Shown in pieces: positions 24,671 through 33,782 of a stretch of DNA of 33,782 bases. The position numbers and the translations under genes are program-made. The stretch's first letter is position 1, and the number at the start of each line of letters is the position of its first letter. The notes under the pieces are model-generated. The model was not told the DNA's origin and did no database searches. It saw only the letters and a list, made by a program, of their open reading frames with translations. Location of the stretch: NCBI GenBank assembly GCA_000934665.2, contig JYFJ02004222.1:1-33782 (forward strand), given 5' to 3'. This DNA comes from Catajapyx aquilonaris (taxonomy: Eukaryota).

Positions 24671-25459
24671 ATGAATACTCCAAGGCAACCCAGGCCCCGG
24701 AGTACGGAGGAGTTTGCAGCCAATGTGCATTTCTTCCTGACAACGACTACATCTGGGGATGGAGCTGTAATTTCCTTCATCTTCCAGTCACATGGAACTG
24801 TAGGTGGTCTGCTGCGAGGCGATTTTGAGTTCCATATATTAATGGGACATTCAAGACGATTCCACGGATGTGTTGCCAACTTTTGACCACAGCTCCGTCA
24901 GCCCGTCAGTTAACCTCAAGTTTTCAAAGCAACCTGCCATCGTAGCAACAAGGAATGCCACTTTCTCAATTAATAATGCGTCTACAAAAGCCCCAATCAG
25001 CCAACGGCTGTATAGTCGTACCAAGTCATACCCATCATGTAATCATAACAGTAGGCTGTAGGGCTTTTTTTTATGCAAAATAAAACTGGAATGAGCTACC
25101 CAGTCATTCACTGCAAAAGCAGTTACTATGCCAGCCTGGTGATACAGCATCTATTTGCATGACCCAGAGCGTTATGATTGTTGAATCAAACCGCGTTGCT
25201 GTTGATTTATCAACATGAGAGGTCAACATAAATCCCCCAGTTTGTCCATCTAATGATAATTGGGCACGTCGTGGAGAAAGTGACTGACCAACAACTTCCT
25301 TCATTGCCTCTCCTGCATTCCATGAGTTATACAGCAAGCCTTGAACCAACATACCATCCTACACCAGATTGCCCTGAATCGCGCCAGCAATGGGCGAAAC
25401 ACCGAAATTTCTGGGCAATCATTTATGCCACACATGACATGAAACTGGTTGGGTTTATA

Positions 25460-25910
25460 CAGGGTGTCCCACAAATTACGCTACCCAGAATTACATTAAT
25501 AACTGTAACACAAATGAAGATATTCCAACGGAATTTGAACTCAATCAACCTCAACACGTGAGAAAGGAATTGGAATGGGTCTGGCAAATGTGGGTGCTGT
25601 AATACTGACGCTGGAGCGATGAATCGGCCAGACGACACCTGAGCAGTGGCGCGCGGCGGATGTCCTTGCTTCCTGATCCAAACGATGTGGAACTTTCGAC
25701 TGGATATTTTCAACAGGATGGGGTGACATGCCACACATCACATGTCAGCATGGCCGAAATAAAGTCCTTCTTCGGCGACCGAGTCATTTCAAAGGGACTG
25801 TGGCCACCACTGTCGCCCGATCTTACGCCACCTGATTACTTCTTATGGGGCTTTCTGAAAGGAAGAGTGTACCGCAACAATCCAGGGTCCATCCAGCCCT
25901 TGAAGGACAA
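25460..25910 (+). mobile_element. Tc1/mariner (maT/Tc3-like) internally deleted element: left TIR plus catalytic C-terminal fragment
   Basis: TA|CAGGGTGTCCCACAAA terminus; FQQDGVTCHTS...FGDRVISKGLWPPLSPDLTPPDYFLWGFLKGRVYRNNP. Confidence 0.9.
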
Positions 25911-26060
25911 CATGTGCACATTCGGGACACCATTCGGCAGATACAAATTTAGACGTCTGCCGTATGGTATAAAAACTGCACGAGAAGTGTTTCAGCAGCA
26001 GATGGTACAAATTATTGAGGGTCTTGAAGGGGTAGCAGCATTCATGGATGACCCTGACAT
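25911..26060 (+). pseudogene. Ty3/Gypsy reverse transcriptase fragment
   Basis: CTFGTPFGRYKFRRLPYGIKTAREVFQQQMVQIIEGLEGVAAFMDD (LPxG and YxDD-like motifs). Confidence 0.92.
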
Positions 26061-26419
26061 TGTTGAGTGAGTTTTCACAACTTAGCAAAGTTTCTAGAAA
26101 GTGACATTTCTGCACCCATCAGAACCTTCTGACCCCTTCACCACCTGATGTCCTCTGAATCCCTTCTACCGATATACTTTACATAGTGAATCCCTATCGG
26201 CCAACTGGTTGGGTTTATACTTTACCAGAAGGTGAAAGAAGGTTGCAGATGTCACTAAAAACTTCCTGGATCAAATAAAAAAACAATGGCCTTGAGTTCA
26301 CAGCCACCATACCTAACATATGGGGAAAAAAGTATGAAGAGACTCTTAAAACGAGACATTGCACAGGTTTCTATCTCATCTAGTTCCTGAGCAAATAGTC
26401 CTTCACTACTTCAAGATGC

Positions 26420-26593
26420 AGATATTTGGCATGAAATTTTGAATATTTGGATACTTTTGAATTGCAGGCAAAAAAAAAAAAAATCTTCGTGGTTTTCATT
26501 CATAACTAGGTAAGGACACTTGGTACACCAAGTTTCATGAAAAGGAGAGGGGTCAAGGCAGAATCAGTGGGATGATTTCACATGGAATGACTC
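26420..26593. mobile_element. Probable DNA transposon terminal remnant
   Basis: Ends gatttcacatggaatgactc (reverse complement GAGTCATTCCATGTGAAATC) and contains ccaagtttcatgaaa, a TIR-like end. No partner end found. Confidence 0.35.
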
Positions 26594-27747
26594 TTTGATG
26601 ACTGGTGGATGGTCCATTAAGATGCTGCGGGGCAGTTGACGTAGATGCAGATTTTCTGGTGATGGTCTAACTCCGCCTGTCGCATCTAGTCCTGAACGAG
26701 TAGAAGGCGTGGATTAGGCCCCTGGGTCTTCTTCCCAACTGCCACCCTCACGTTGTCCCCGCCAGCACCCCGCAAGGGATCTCTTGATGGTTAGGGGATT
26801 GAAGCCCATCCCACCCTTATTGTCCCAGAGGCCTCCGTATCCATGTTGATCCTCCAAGTCCTTCCACTCAGTCCTCGGATGTCTGGACCCTTTGCAAAGC
26901 TTGCAGACCAAATCCATTGGTTCTATGAAATGTTACCAGGTCCCAGAATCTGTCTTCTTCGTTGTCAGGTGCACTTAGCAAGCACTGAGTCTACCAGACT
27001 AGCAGACTGGAATTGCTCATAACTTGGTGCATCCTTGGTGATTGAAGTTGCTGAATGTGGGCAGTACATTGGCACAGAAAAATGCTTGTAGAAGAGAATG
27101 GCAGTGGAACACGGCAGGTTGGCTGCACCAATGGGTAGGTGCGTTCAGGTGAAACTCTAGAAGGCAGCTTGGCCAAAGGATGGAGACTGTTGCCACTTGA
27201 AGTCTCCACATACAAATGTCACTTGCATAACCACCCTGCAGCATCCAGTTTTGTGACGTTTGGGCAATAAGCTTCAAGTATGTTCAGCCAAATCCAGGTA
27301 TCAGTTGCTCTGCTTGCTGTCATACTCGTAGCATCCACTGGGGTTTGGCAGCTCATATCTGCACAACCTGTCAAAGACAAAAAGGACAATATTAAGATTC
27401 GGTGTCATGCAACACACTTACTTTTTTACAAAATATTCTAATCACAATGCAAGTGGCACTTTCCCTCAACATGTGAGCTGTTAATGTCTGGTTGAAACAG
27501 CAGAAGTCTATGTGCAATATTATATTGCCTGTCCATACAATAAAGTAGAAAAAAAGTAGGAGTGGGCATGAAATGGGCACAAAATTTGTGGACTTCATTT
27601 CCTCTTGTACCCCTTGATCCCTTCACTTAAAAACACAAAAGATTTCAGCGTAGTGGCTTAAAATAACATGACAAGTACACAGGTTATCAGCCAAACTCTT
27701 TGTCCATCTCAGTACAGTTTCTTTTCTGCAATAGTGCCTAAGTTATA

Positions 27748-28349
27748 CAGTGTGTAAGAGTCACGGATCAAGCGCGCGCGAGGGGGCTGGGAAAAATCGT
27801 AAGTGGCGACAACCCTGGTCAGTTTTATAAAACAATGAGAAATACGGCAGCAATCAATTTATTTATTTATTACGGCCGTACGTCACGTTCTTTCTGTTCG
27901 AATTGAGCCTGGCGCGCACGGAAAATGCAAGGCAAGAGCGCAGTGGTTTGAAGTTGTTTGACGGGTTTTTAGCCTTGCGGGTTGCACTGAAAAAGACGCT
28001 CTCATGCTACACCGGCAGGGTACTGTACCACATAGTGTACTACTGTACAGTGGTGTGTTCAGTACCCTGCCGGTGTAGCATGAGAGCGCCTTTTTCAGTG
28101 CAACCCGCAACTGCGCAAGGCTAAAAACACGTTCAACCAGGTTCAACCGAATGCATTTGCCACTCGGCGCCAGTCAATTCGAACGGATAAGAACAGCAAG
28201 TAGGATGTGACATCACGCCATACAGCCGTAATAAATAAATTGATTACTCCTGTATTTCTAATTGTTTTATAAAACCGCCTGGGGTTGTCACAACCTACGA
28301 TTTTTCCCCACCCCCTCGCGGGCGCTTGGCCCGTGACGCAAACACCCTG
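27748..28349. mobile_element. Tc1/mariner-type foldback MITE with TA TSD
   Basis: TA|CAGTGTGT...ACACCCTG|TA; imperfect TIRs of about 140 bp, plus an inner near-perfect inverted repeat at about 27965-28128. Confidence 0.88.
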
Positions 28350-28621
28350 TATAGTGCGATACAAAATACTTGTCCAACTGCTTTTTGGACAGTTACTTTT
28401 GCACAATTACTTTAATGGTAACCTATCTGCAATGATATGGGTTAAAGTCCCTTTACCTATGGCTACATAATTTTGACTTATTTGGAACTATGCACATAAA
28501 CAAGATGGCCCTATCAACTTCCACAACTGATGCACTTTCATCATGGTCATCATCTATCAATGCCCAAATATTTGGGGCGCCAGCAAATGACAAGGAAAAA
28601 CAACCTCTAGTTGTTTTCTAA

Positions 28622-28968
28622 AGTGGGCTCTACACAGTCGATCCGACTCCGACATGATTCGACCATCGAACGTGCTGTGTAAATAAATGGCATTCCTTGT
28701 CAGATCCGAAGTCGGAGCCAGGGAGGTGATTGATTGATTGATGGTTTAATGGCGCAACAGCAGCCATGGCTATACTGCGCCAAGCACCCGTGACGTTGTA
28801 GGGGAGGGCAGGCAATACCACCCCAACCCCAACGTTAACTGAACCGAAGGTTTTATTTATTTTTATATATATTTTTATATTTTTTAAAAAGGCCTGCTCA
28901 CGTCACCTAGGTAGGTCGGAGATATGAGAGTGGGCGGGGCAAGACGTCGGATTGACTGTGTGAATCAC
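28622..28968. mobile_element. Degenerate MITE (PIF/Harbinger-like) interrupted by a LINE tail
   Basis: acacagtcgatccgac (28632-28647) is the inverse of gtcggattgactgtgt (28946-28961) with one mismatch. Confidence 0.5.
28727..28890 (-). mobile_element. Non-LTR retrotransposon 3' end (I/Nimb/R1-like)
   Basis: Minus strand reads tggcgcagtatagccatggctgctgttgcgccattaaaccatcaatcaatcaatc: a terminal hairpin plus (TCAA)n tail. The 5' boundary is uncertain. Confidence 0.7.
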
Positions 28969-28985
28969 TGTTCGACTCATCCCTG

Positions 28986-29137
28986 CTCTCCGATTGGCTA
29001 GTGGGGTCTTCTAGTCAAACTTGTTGCCGACTCGAAGGCATCGGACACCCTGTTCAGACAGAGGTCTGTTGTTCAATGTCTGATGTTCCGAGTCGGCAAC
29101 AAGTTTGACTGGAAGACCCCTCTAGCCAATCAGAGAG
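28986..29137. repeat. Foldback inverted repeat (arms about 60 bp)
   Basis: ctctccgattggctagtggggtcttctagtcaaacttgttgccgactcg... pairs with ...cgagtcggcaacaagtttgactggaagacccctctagccaatcagagag. Confidence 0.88.
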
Positions 29138-29152
29138 CCGGGAGAACTAATA

Positions 29153-29481
29153 TAGGGATGTGCAATTAGTTTTTGGTTCCGTTGCGTAGTTAATATTTAC
29201 TGCGTAGTTAATGCTTACGGCGGAGTCAAAGTTTCGTAACATCACTCCTCTGCTTCTATGAAGCAAAAGTCAGTTCGAGGGCCTCCGGTCCATTGCCTTG
29301 GTTCCCTAACACATTGCCCATGTGCAAAATTCGATCAAATCCCTTCAGAGTAAGAATCCGGGTACGACACCCATGCACTTTGTCGCTTTTGCCTCATAAT
29401 CCACCATCCAGCCCTCTACACTTTAAGGGCGCTGTACGCATTAACTACGCAATGGAGCCAAAAACTAATTGCACATCCCTA
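29153..29481. mobile_element. hAT-type MITE
   Basis: TIRs of about 41 bp: TAGGGATGTGCAATTAGTTTTTGGTTCCGTTGCGTAGTTAAT / ATTAACTACGCAATGGAGCCAAAAACTAATTGCACATCCCTA. No 8-bp TSD seen. Confidence 0.8.
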
Positions 29482-29629
29482 AAGTGTGGAAAACGAAACG
29501 ACGATCTGATGTCATCTTCACCCAACAATATGAGTAAACAGTGTCAACAAAAAAAAAACGTTGCTTACTCCTATTGTTGCATCAGAACAAAATGATGACG
29601 TCAAGTCATCGTTTCGTTTTTCAGCACTG
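29482..29629. mobile_element. Short Tc1-like foldback MITE
   Basis: agtgtggaaaacgaaacgacgatctgatgtcatc is inverse to gatgacgtcaagtcatcgtttcgtttttcagcactg|ta; an inner stem is also present. Confidence 0.65.
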
Positions 29630-31143
29630 TATATGAGTTTCGCGAGTACCATCAGTCTCCCTGGCATTTGTCTGCGAGTTTCCCTTCACCACCATGTATG
29701 TGCACATATGCAATTCAAATTGGCAATTTAAAATTAATGGGTAGGCCTAATTTAAAATTAAGCAACAAGATTGTTTATTTGAAAAACCCATCCAAAATGA
29801 AAAAAATCTGCACAAGTGCACATTGCAGGATTGATGCACCAATAATATCCACAGAAAATTATCAAATGCAAAGCTTGTTGCTGTTGTGGAAAAACCACCA
29901 CTTCATGCATACTCGTACTGCACAACAATGACAATGATGTGCCCACTGTCATACTGTTATAGTACTTTATCAGAGCTTAGCTAAAATTACTGTGTATTCT
30001 ACTGAAATGTCTATATGGGTTAGCAGGATTTTGGCTGAGTCGCTAACTCTGAAGGAGACACTCTTAGATATTCGGCATTATGAACTAATATCATAATAGA
30101 ATGGATGAAGCATGTCGAGGACCATGAATTATAATGCAATGAGTTGAAGGAATGGACATAATTAGTAGTCTGACCACTTATCATCCAATGTCAGGGTTTC
30201 AATTCATTCTCTCAGCATGGACAAATAAAAAGTTGAACATTATGCAGCAATTCAGAGAATTAGCAGCTAATATCTCCATCTGAAAGTCGCTGCTATAATA
30301 GTTAAATGTTTGCAGTAAGCCAAGTTGCCAATCACCAGACGCCTCATTTGGAATGCACTGCATAATAGCAACATGAATACCACCAAAGTTAAAAAATGGT
30401 CACAAAAGTGCTTGTGACCAAGAGCAGGGTCAAAACATTATCCAGACGCAATGAACAAATGGGCCAATGTGAACCAGAATGTGCTCACAATGAAGGGCTT
30501 GCCATAACAAGTGGTTGGAATGGTAGCAGGGGAAACATTATCAATTCAGCACTTGACCTCTGGTGCCACATCCTCCATTAAAGACATTGATATGGTGAAA
30601 TGCACGGACAGGGATTGACACTTGTTGTTCATCACTTATCAATCACGTTACACTTCTGCGGCAATCAAATCATAATAATTAATCACACTAATTTTTTGAA
30701 TGAAAATTATACTATTAGAAACAGGGCTAATAATAATAATAATAATGAAATCCTGCCCTATTACAATCTTTTGTAGCAAATGATGCAAAGTAGTGTAAAT
30801 GAAAAACATGGGAATCCAACATTTTAGCAAAAAGTGACACTCATATGATCAGCAAGGCTTAAAATACTTGAAGTTACAATAAATTGCAAATTGCTAAGGG
30901 CTGCAGGTGGTTAGCTAAATGTGCAGGATTCTCATCTTAATTTTTATATCAACGGGAGGTGAATCAAGATATTTCCAAGTGCATGATCTCTGATCACGAC
31001 ACTTAATGAAATGGAGAACAGATTGACTGCAATATTATGCAAATTTCACAACAAATATTCAGAATTTGGCAAGGCTTGTCCAAAGTGCAACTTTTCACAT
31101 AAACATTCACCTTGTTGGACTGCTGAAATGGTTAATGTCTCGG

Positions 31144-31229
31144 TAATTGAAGGGCTCGGGAGTAAACAATGGTAAGGGATATGTAAAACCCATACCCTTA
31201 CCATTGTTTACTCCCGAGCCCTTCAATTA
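31144..31229. repeat. Perfect 35-bp-arm hairpin (possible Merlin-type TIR-only mini element)
   Basis: taattgaagggctcgggagtaaacaatggtaaggg (31144-31178) is the exact inverse of 31195-31229. Confidence 0.92.
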
Positions 31230-31521
31230 TCTAGTTTAGGTGGGCGCGATGTACAGCGTTCGCGGTGGTACTTACTGTTCAACTGACGTAAGTGCATAGG
31301 GACCTAGTGCTGTCTTTCCCGAGTGGCAGAAAAGCAATTTGAGCGCAAACAACCATGTAGAACAGAAGTTACAGACATTTTAACATGACGCATACAGATT
31401 TCATTGCTCCTCGCGGCGGCCATTGATTTATACCAATGGTTGCACCTGTCGATACTCGATACCATCTCCGTGACATTTCGAAATGGAGGGATTTCAAGTG
31501 CAACAGTGCGTAGCACACATC

Positions 31522-31686
31522 ACCATCACGAGTGACTTTTGAAGGGGGTATGACTGTCTGATAAGTGAAGGGTACAAGCACCTTAAAGTGAACCACTCAG
31601 TCAACTTCGTGGATCCAGACACTGGGGAACATACCCAAAATATAGAGAGAACTTGGAGGGAGGATCATGCTAAGGTACCAAGGTAG
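31522..31686 (+). pseudogene. Merlin/IS1595 (ISXO2-like) DDE transposase fragment
   Basis: TITSDF*RGYDCLISEGYKHLKVNHSVNFVDPDTGEHTQNIERTWR, the canonical Merlin motifs. Not in the ORF track because of an internal stop. Confidence 0.92.
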
Positions 31687-31751
31687 GTCGTTCAGTTTCC
31701 TGTACTGAATAACTGCGTAGGATAATAGCCATACTTTTACCTACTCTCTTA

Positions 31752-31893
31752 GGCATGTATCTGCTATAGAATAGGGCTGTATCTGCAAGGAAAGGAGGTT
31801 GGGTAAGGTTACCTAACCCAACCTAACTTTCCTTCCATGCAGATACAGTCCTATCTTCAGCATATACAGCCCTATCTTCAGCAGATACATGCC
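31752..31893. mobile_element. Foldback mini element with AACCT/AGGTT core
   Basis: ta|GGCATGTATCTGCT...AGCAGATACATGCC|ta, with internal 22-bp tandem units (gcagatacagccctatcttca) and ggttg/aacct repeats. Confidence 0.75.
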
Positions 31894-32214
31894 TAGGACA
31901 GTAGCTATGAAAGTACAGGGATTCCAGTTACAAATTTGTAGGCCTATTCCTTGGTCAGCATGTACCCTTGCGCCAATTTTACATTTACACAGATATGACC
32001 GAAGGACCCATCATTTTGTAGGCTATTTAGCCAAATTTATGTTTAAACGTGCCTATCCAGATCATCGCATCATTCTTGACACATCATTTCTTGCAAGCAG
32101 CTGCCTCTTTGTACCCACCCAACAATATGGTACGTGGAATCTACAGAACCATATTGTTAGAATATGCAGTACAGTGCTGGACATGTTAGCCGCAAAGAGT
32201 TCTGCTATATTATA

Positions 32215-32246
32215 TACTAGCAGCGGTACCCGTTCTTCGCACGGGG
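32215..32246 (+). mobile_element. Possible Helitron/Helentron-type terminus
   Basis: tactagcagcggtacccgttcttcgcacggg resembles the TACTAG..ACCCG..CTTCGC.CGG end of insect non-autonomous Helitron-like repeats. Confidence 0.5.
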
Positions 32247-32974
32247 AAAAAAGAGCGTGGATAATTACACCGAAATCTTCTTAGATATCAAGCAATATTA
32301 AATGCAAAACTGCTCATTCCCTTGCATATGTAGGCACTGGAAGGGTGTAAAAATTCTGGTTTGTTTGCGTAATGAAGAGCCACGCAACTATGGCTATGTG
32401 GTGATCAGAATACAAAAAGGTGGGACAGATGGAGAGAGAAACAAAGAGGAACGAAAAGAAGAGAGGAAAGACTGGTATCTCTCCTAGTCTGTCTCCTATC
32501 CCAAAGACCTGTCTGACTTGGGCGGCCCTACCAGTAGACGAAACTACCGCCGGCATGGCTCTTCAGGATCATGGGAAAATGCAAGCCCACCACCACGGCA
32601 AGGTGGAAATACATTGGGGGGAGGGGAAATAAAAAAAATGTGGATAAAAAAAATCGGAGGAAGTGCAAAATTTGAAACCATTTATAGGCCTGTTTCTGTG
32701 GTAATCATAATTACCAACAAAATTCTGTTGCCACAGGCAAGCTTTTTTTTTTTTGCCTTACATACGGTACGTAGATTATCAAATTATGTTCTTTATTTAT
32801 TAATTTATAGCAGCAAACCCATGTGGAGTGTCTGGTACATATGTTGAACTTGGTGTCAGTCAACGTACACAGATGTGATAGAAAGCGGAGGGAAAATTGG
32901 ACAGTGTTATGCAATAATGGGTCAACCCCCAAAAATGTCAAAATTGAGCCAAGCCCGGGAACATACACCTAAAG

Positions 32975-33199
32975 CAGAGGTTCTTAACCTTTTCGGGCCT
33001 CCACACCCCTTTGCAGACAATATATTGGTCCTTGTCTGTTGTCGCACCTCCTTTACCAGGGGTGATTGATTACGTTCATAGTTAGACCAGTTATTATCTC
33101 TTGGTTAGATTAAGCCCAGAGGTGCACCTTGCTCGCACCCCCCAGGGAAGCCACCTCGCACCCCCTGGGGGTGCGGGCACCCCAGGCTAAGGACCGCCG
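32975..33199. mobile_element. hAT (Charlie/Buster-type) MITE with 8-bp TSD
   Basis: CAGAGGTTCTTAACCT...AGGCTAAGGACCGCCG termini, flanked by ACCTAAAG at 32967-32974 and 33200-33207. Confidence 0.9.
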
Positions 33200-33388
33200 A
33201 CCTAAAGGATCCTACTTAATTCAGTTAAAATCACGCAGGTGAAAAAATCTGCATACTTCTGCCATAAATGACCCAAAAGAACACCGAATTAATTTCACAG
33301 GTATGACCTTCAAAGCTTCTTTTCTCAAAACTGGTCTTGCGTGGGTTGACGCATTATTGCATAACACCGTCCAATTATCAAAATAATA

Positions 33389-33605
33389 CAGTAGGCACCC
33401 GTTTTACACTCCTCCATTTTACGCCGTTCCACATTAACGCCGGTTCGACAATGACATCATAAAATTTTTAAATTGAAAAATTGTGATAACGTGGAAATTA
33501 TGATAGCCTGCTGGTTGTGAAGCGGCCAAGAAAGATTTCCCATGCGGGAAGTACCCGTTTTACACAGCTCCATTTTACGCCGTTTCGCATTGACCCCGGT
33601 TTTAA
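33389..33605 (+). mobile_element. pogo/Tigger-like left end with duplicated subterminal unit
   Basis: TA|CAGTAGGCACCCGTTTTAC...; the ~50-bp unit acccgttttacac..ctccattttacgccgtt..cattaacgccggtt recurs at about 33554. Confidence 0.6.
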
Positions 33606-33782
33606 AATTACATTTGAAAATTTGTATCAGAATTTTTTAAAAAAATATTTGATGATAAGACAATCTGAACATGAAGGCATCACTCCCAACACTTCTGAGA
33701 CCAAACACACGAACGTATACCTGCTCTTCTCTCCTCTGTGTTTCCTGGTGCCTTGTGGCAGGTTCTATCGACATGCACTGTA

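Larger units (their letters stand above)
18343..25205. repeat. Dispersed duplication of ~230 bp (about 18343-18585 and 24977-25205)
   Basis: Shared gcgtctacaaaagc.ccaatca.ccaacggctgtatagtc...gagctacccagtcattc...ttgttgaatcaaaccgc. Confidence 0.9.

Noticed and set aside
29640..31130. Short ORFs in an AT-rich stretch
   Set aside because: No motifs; consistent with ordinary intergenic or intronic DNA.
31840..31890. Short direct repeats as a CRISPR-like array
   Set aside because: Tandem units without unique spacers, in a eukaryotic context with no cas genes.

Overview
This is eukaryotic (invertebrate-like, probably arthropod; inferred from TE repertoire only) genomic DNA. I found no intact host gene and no rRNA, tRNA or CRISPR. 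From about 0.9 to 26 kb it is a dense mosaic of short (about 0.1-1.4 kb) decayed fragments from many transposon superfamilies: P/THAP9, hAT, Academ (XPG-like nuclease plus Cys-rich finger), Gypsy protease and RT, non-LTR RT, CACTA/EnSpm transposases with DUF4806-like and C14orf93-like accessory ORFs, Sola-like and Tc1/mariner; a Merlin fragment lies at 31.5 kb. It also holds several internal duplications. From about 27.7 to 33.6 kb there is a cluster of foldback/MITE elements. The most striking property is that essentially every recognisable TE coding fragment lies on the + strand, usually without its own termini. That architecture suggests a uni-strand, flamenco-like piRNA cluster (TE trap) transcribed on the - strand, or alternatively a large capture-type element. 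All family calls come from motif recognition by eye, not database searches.
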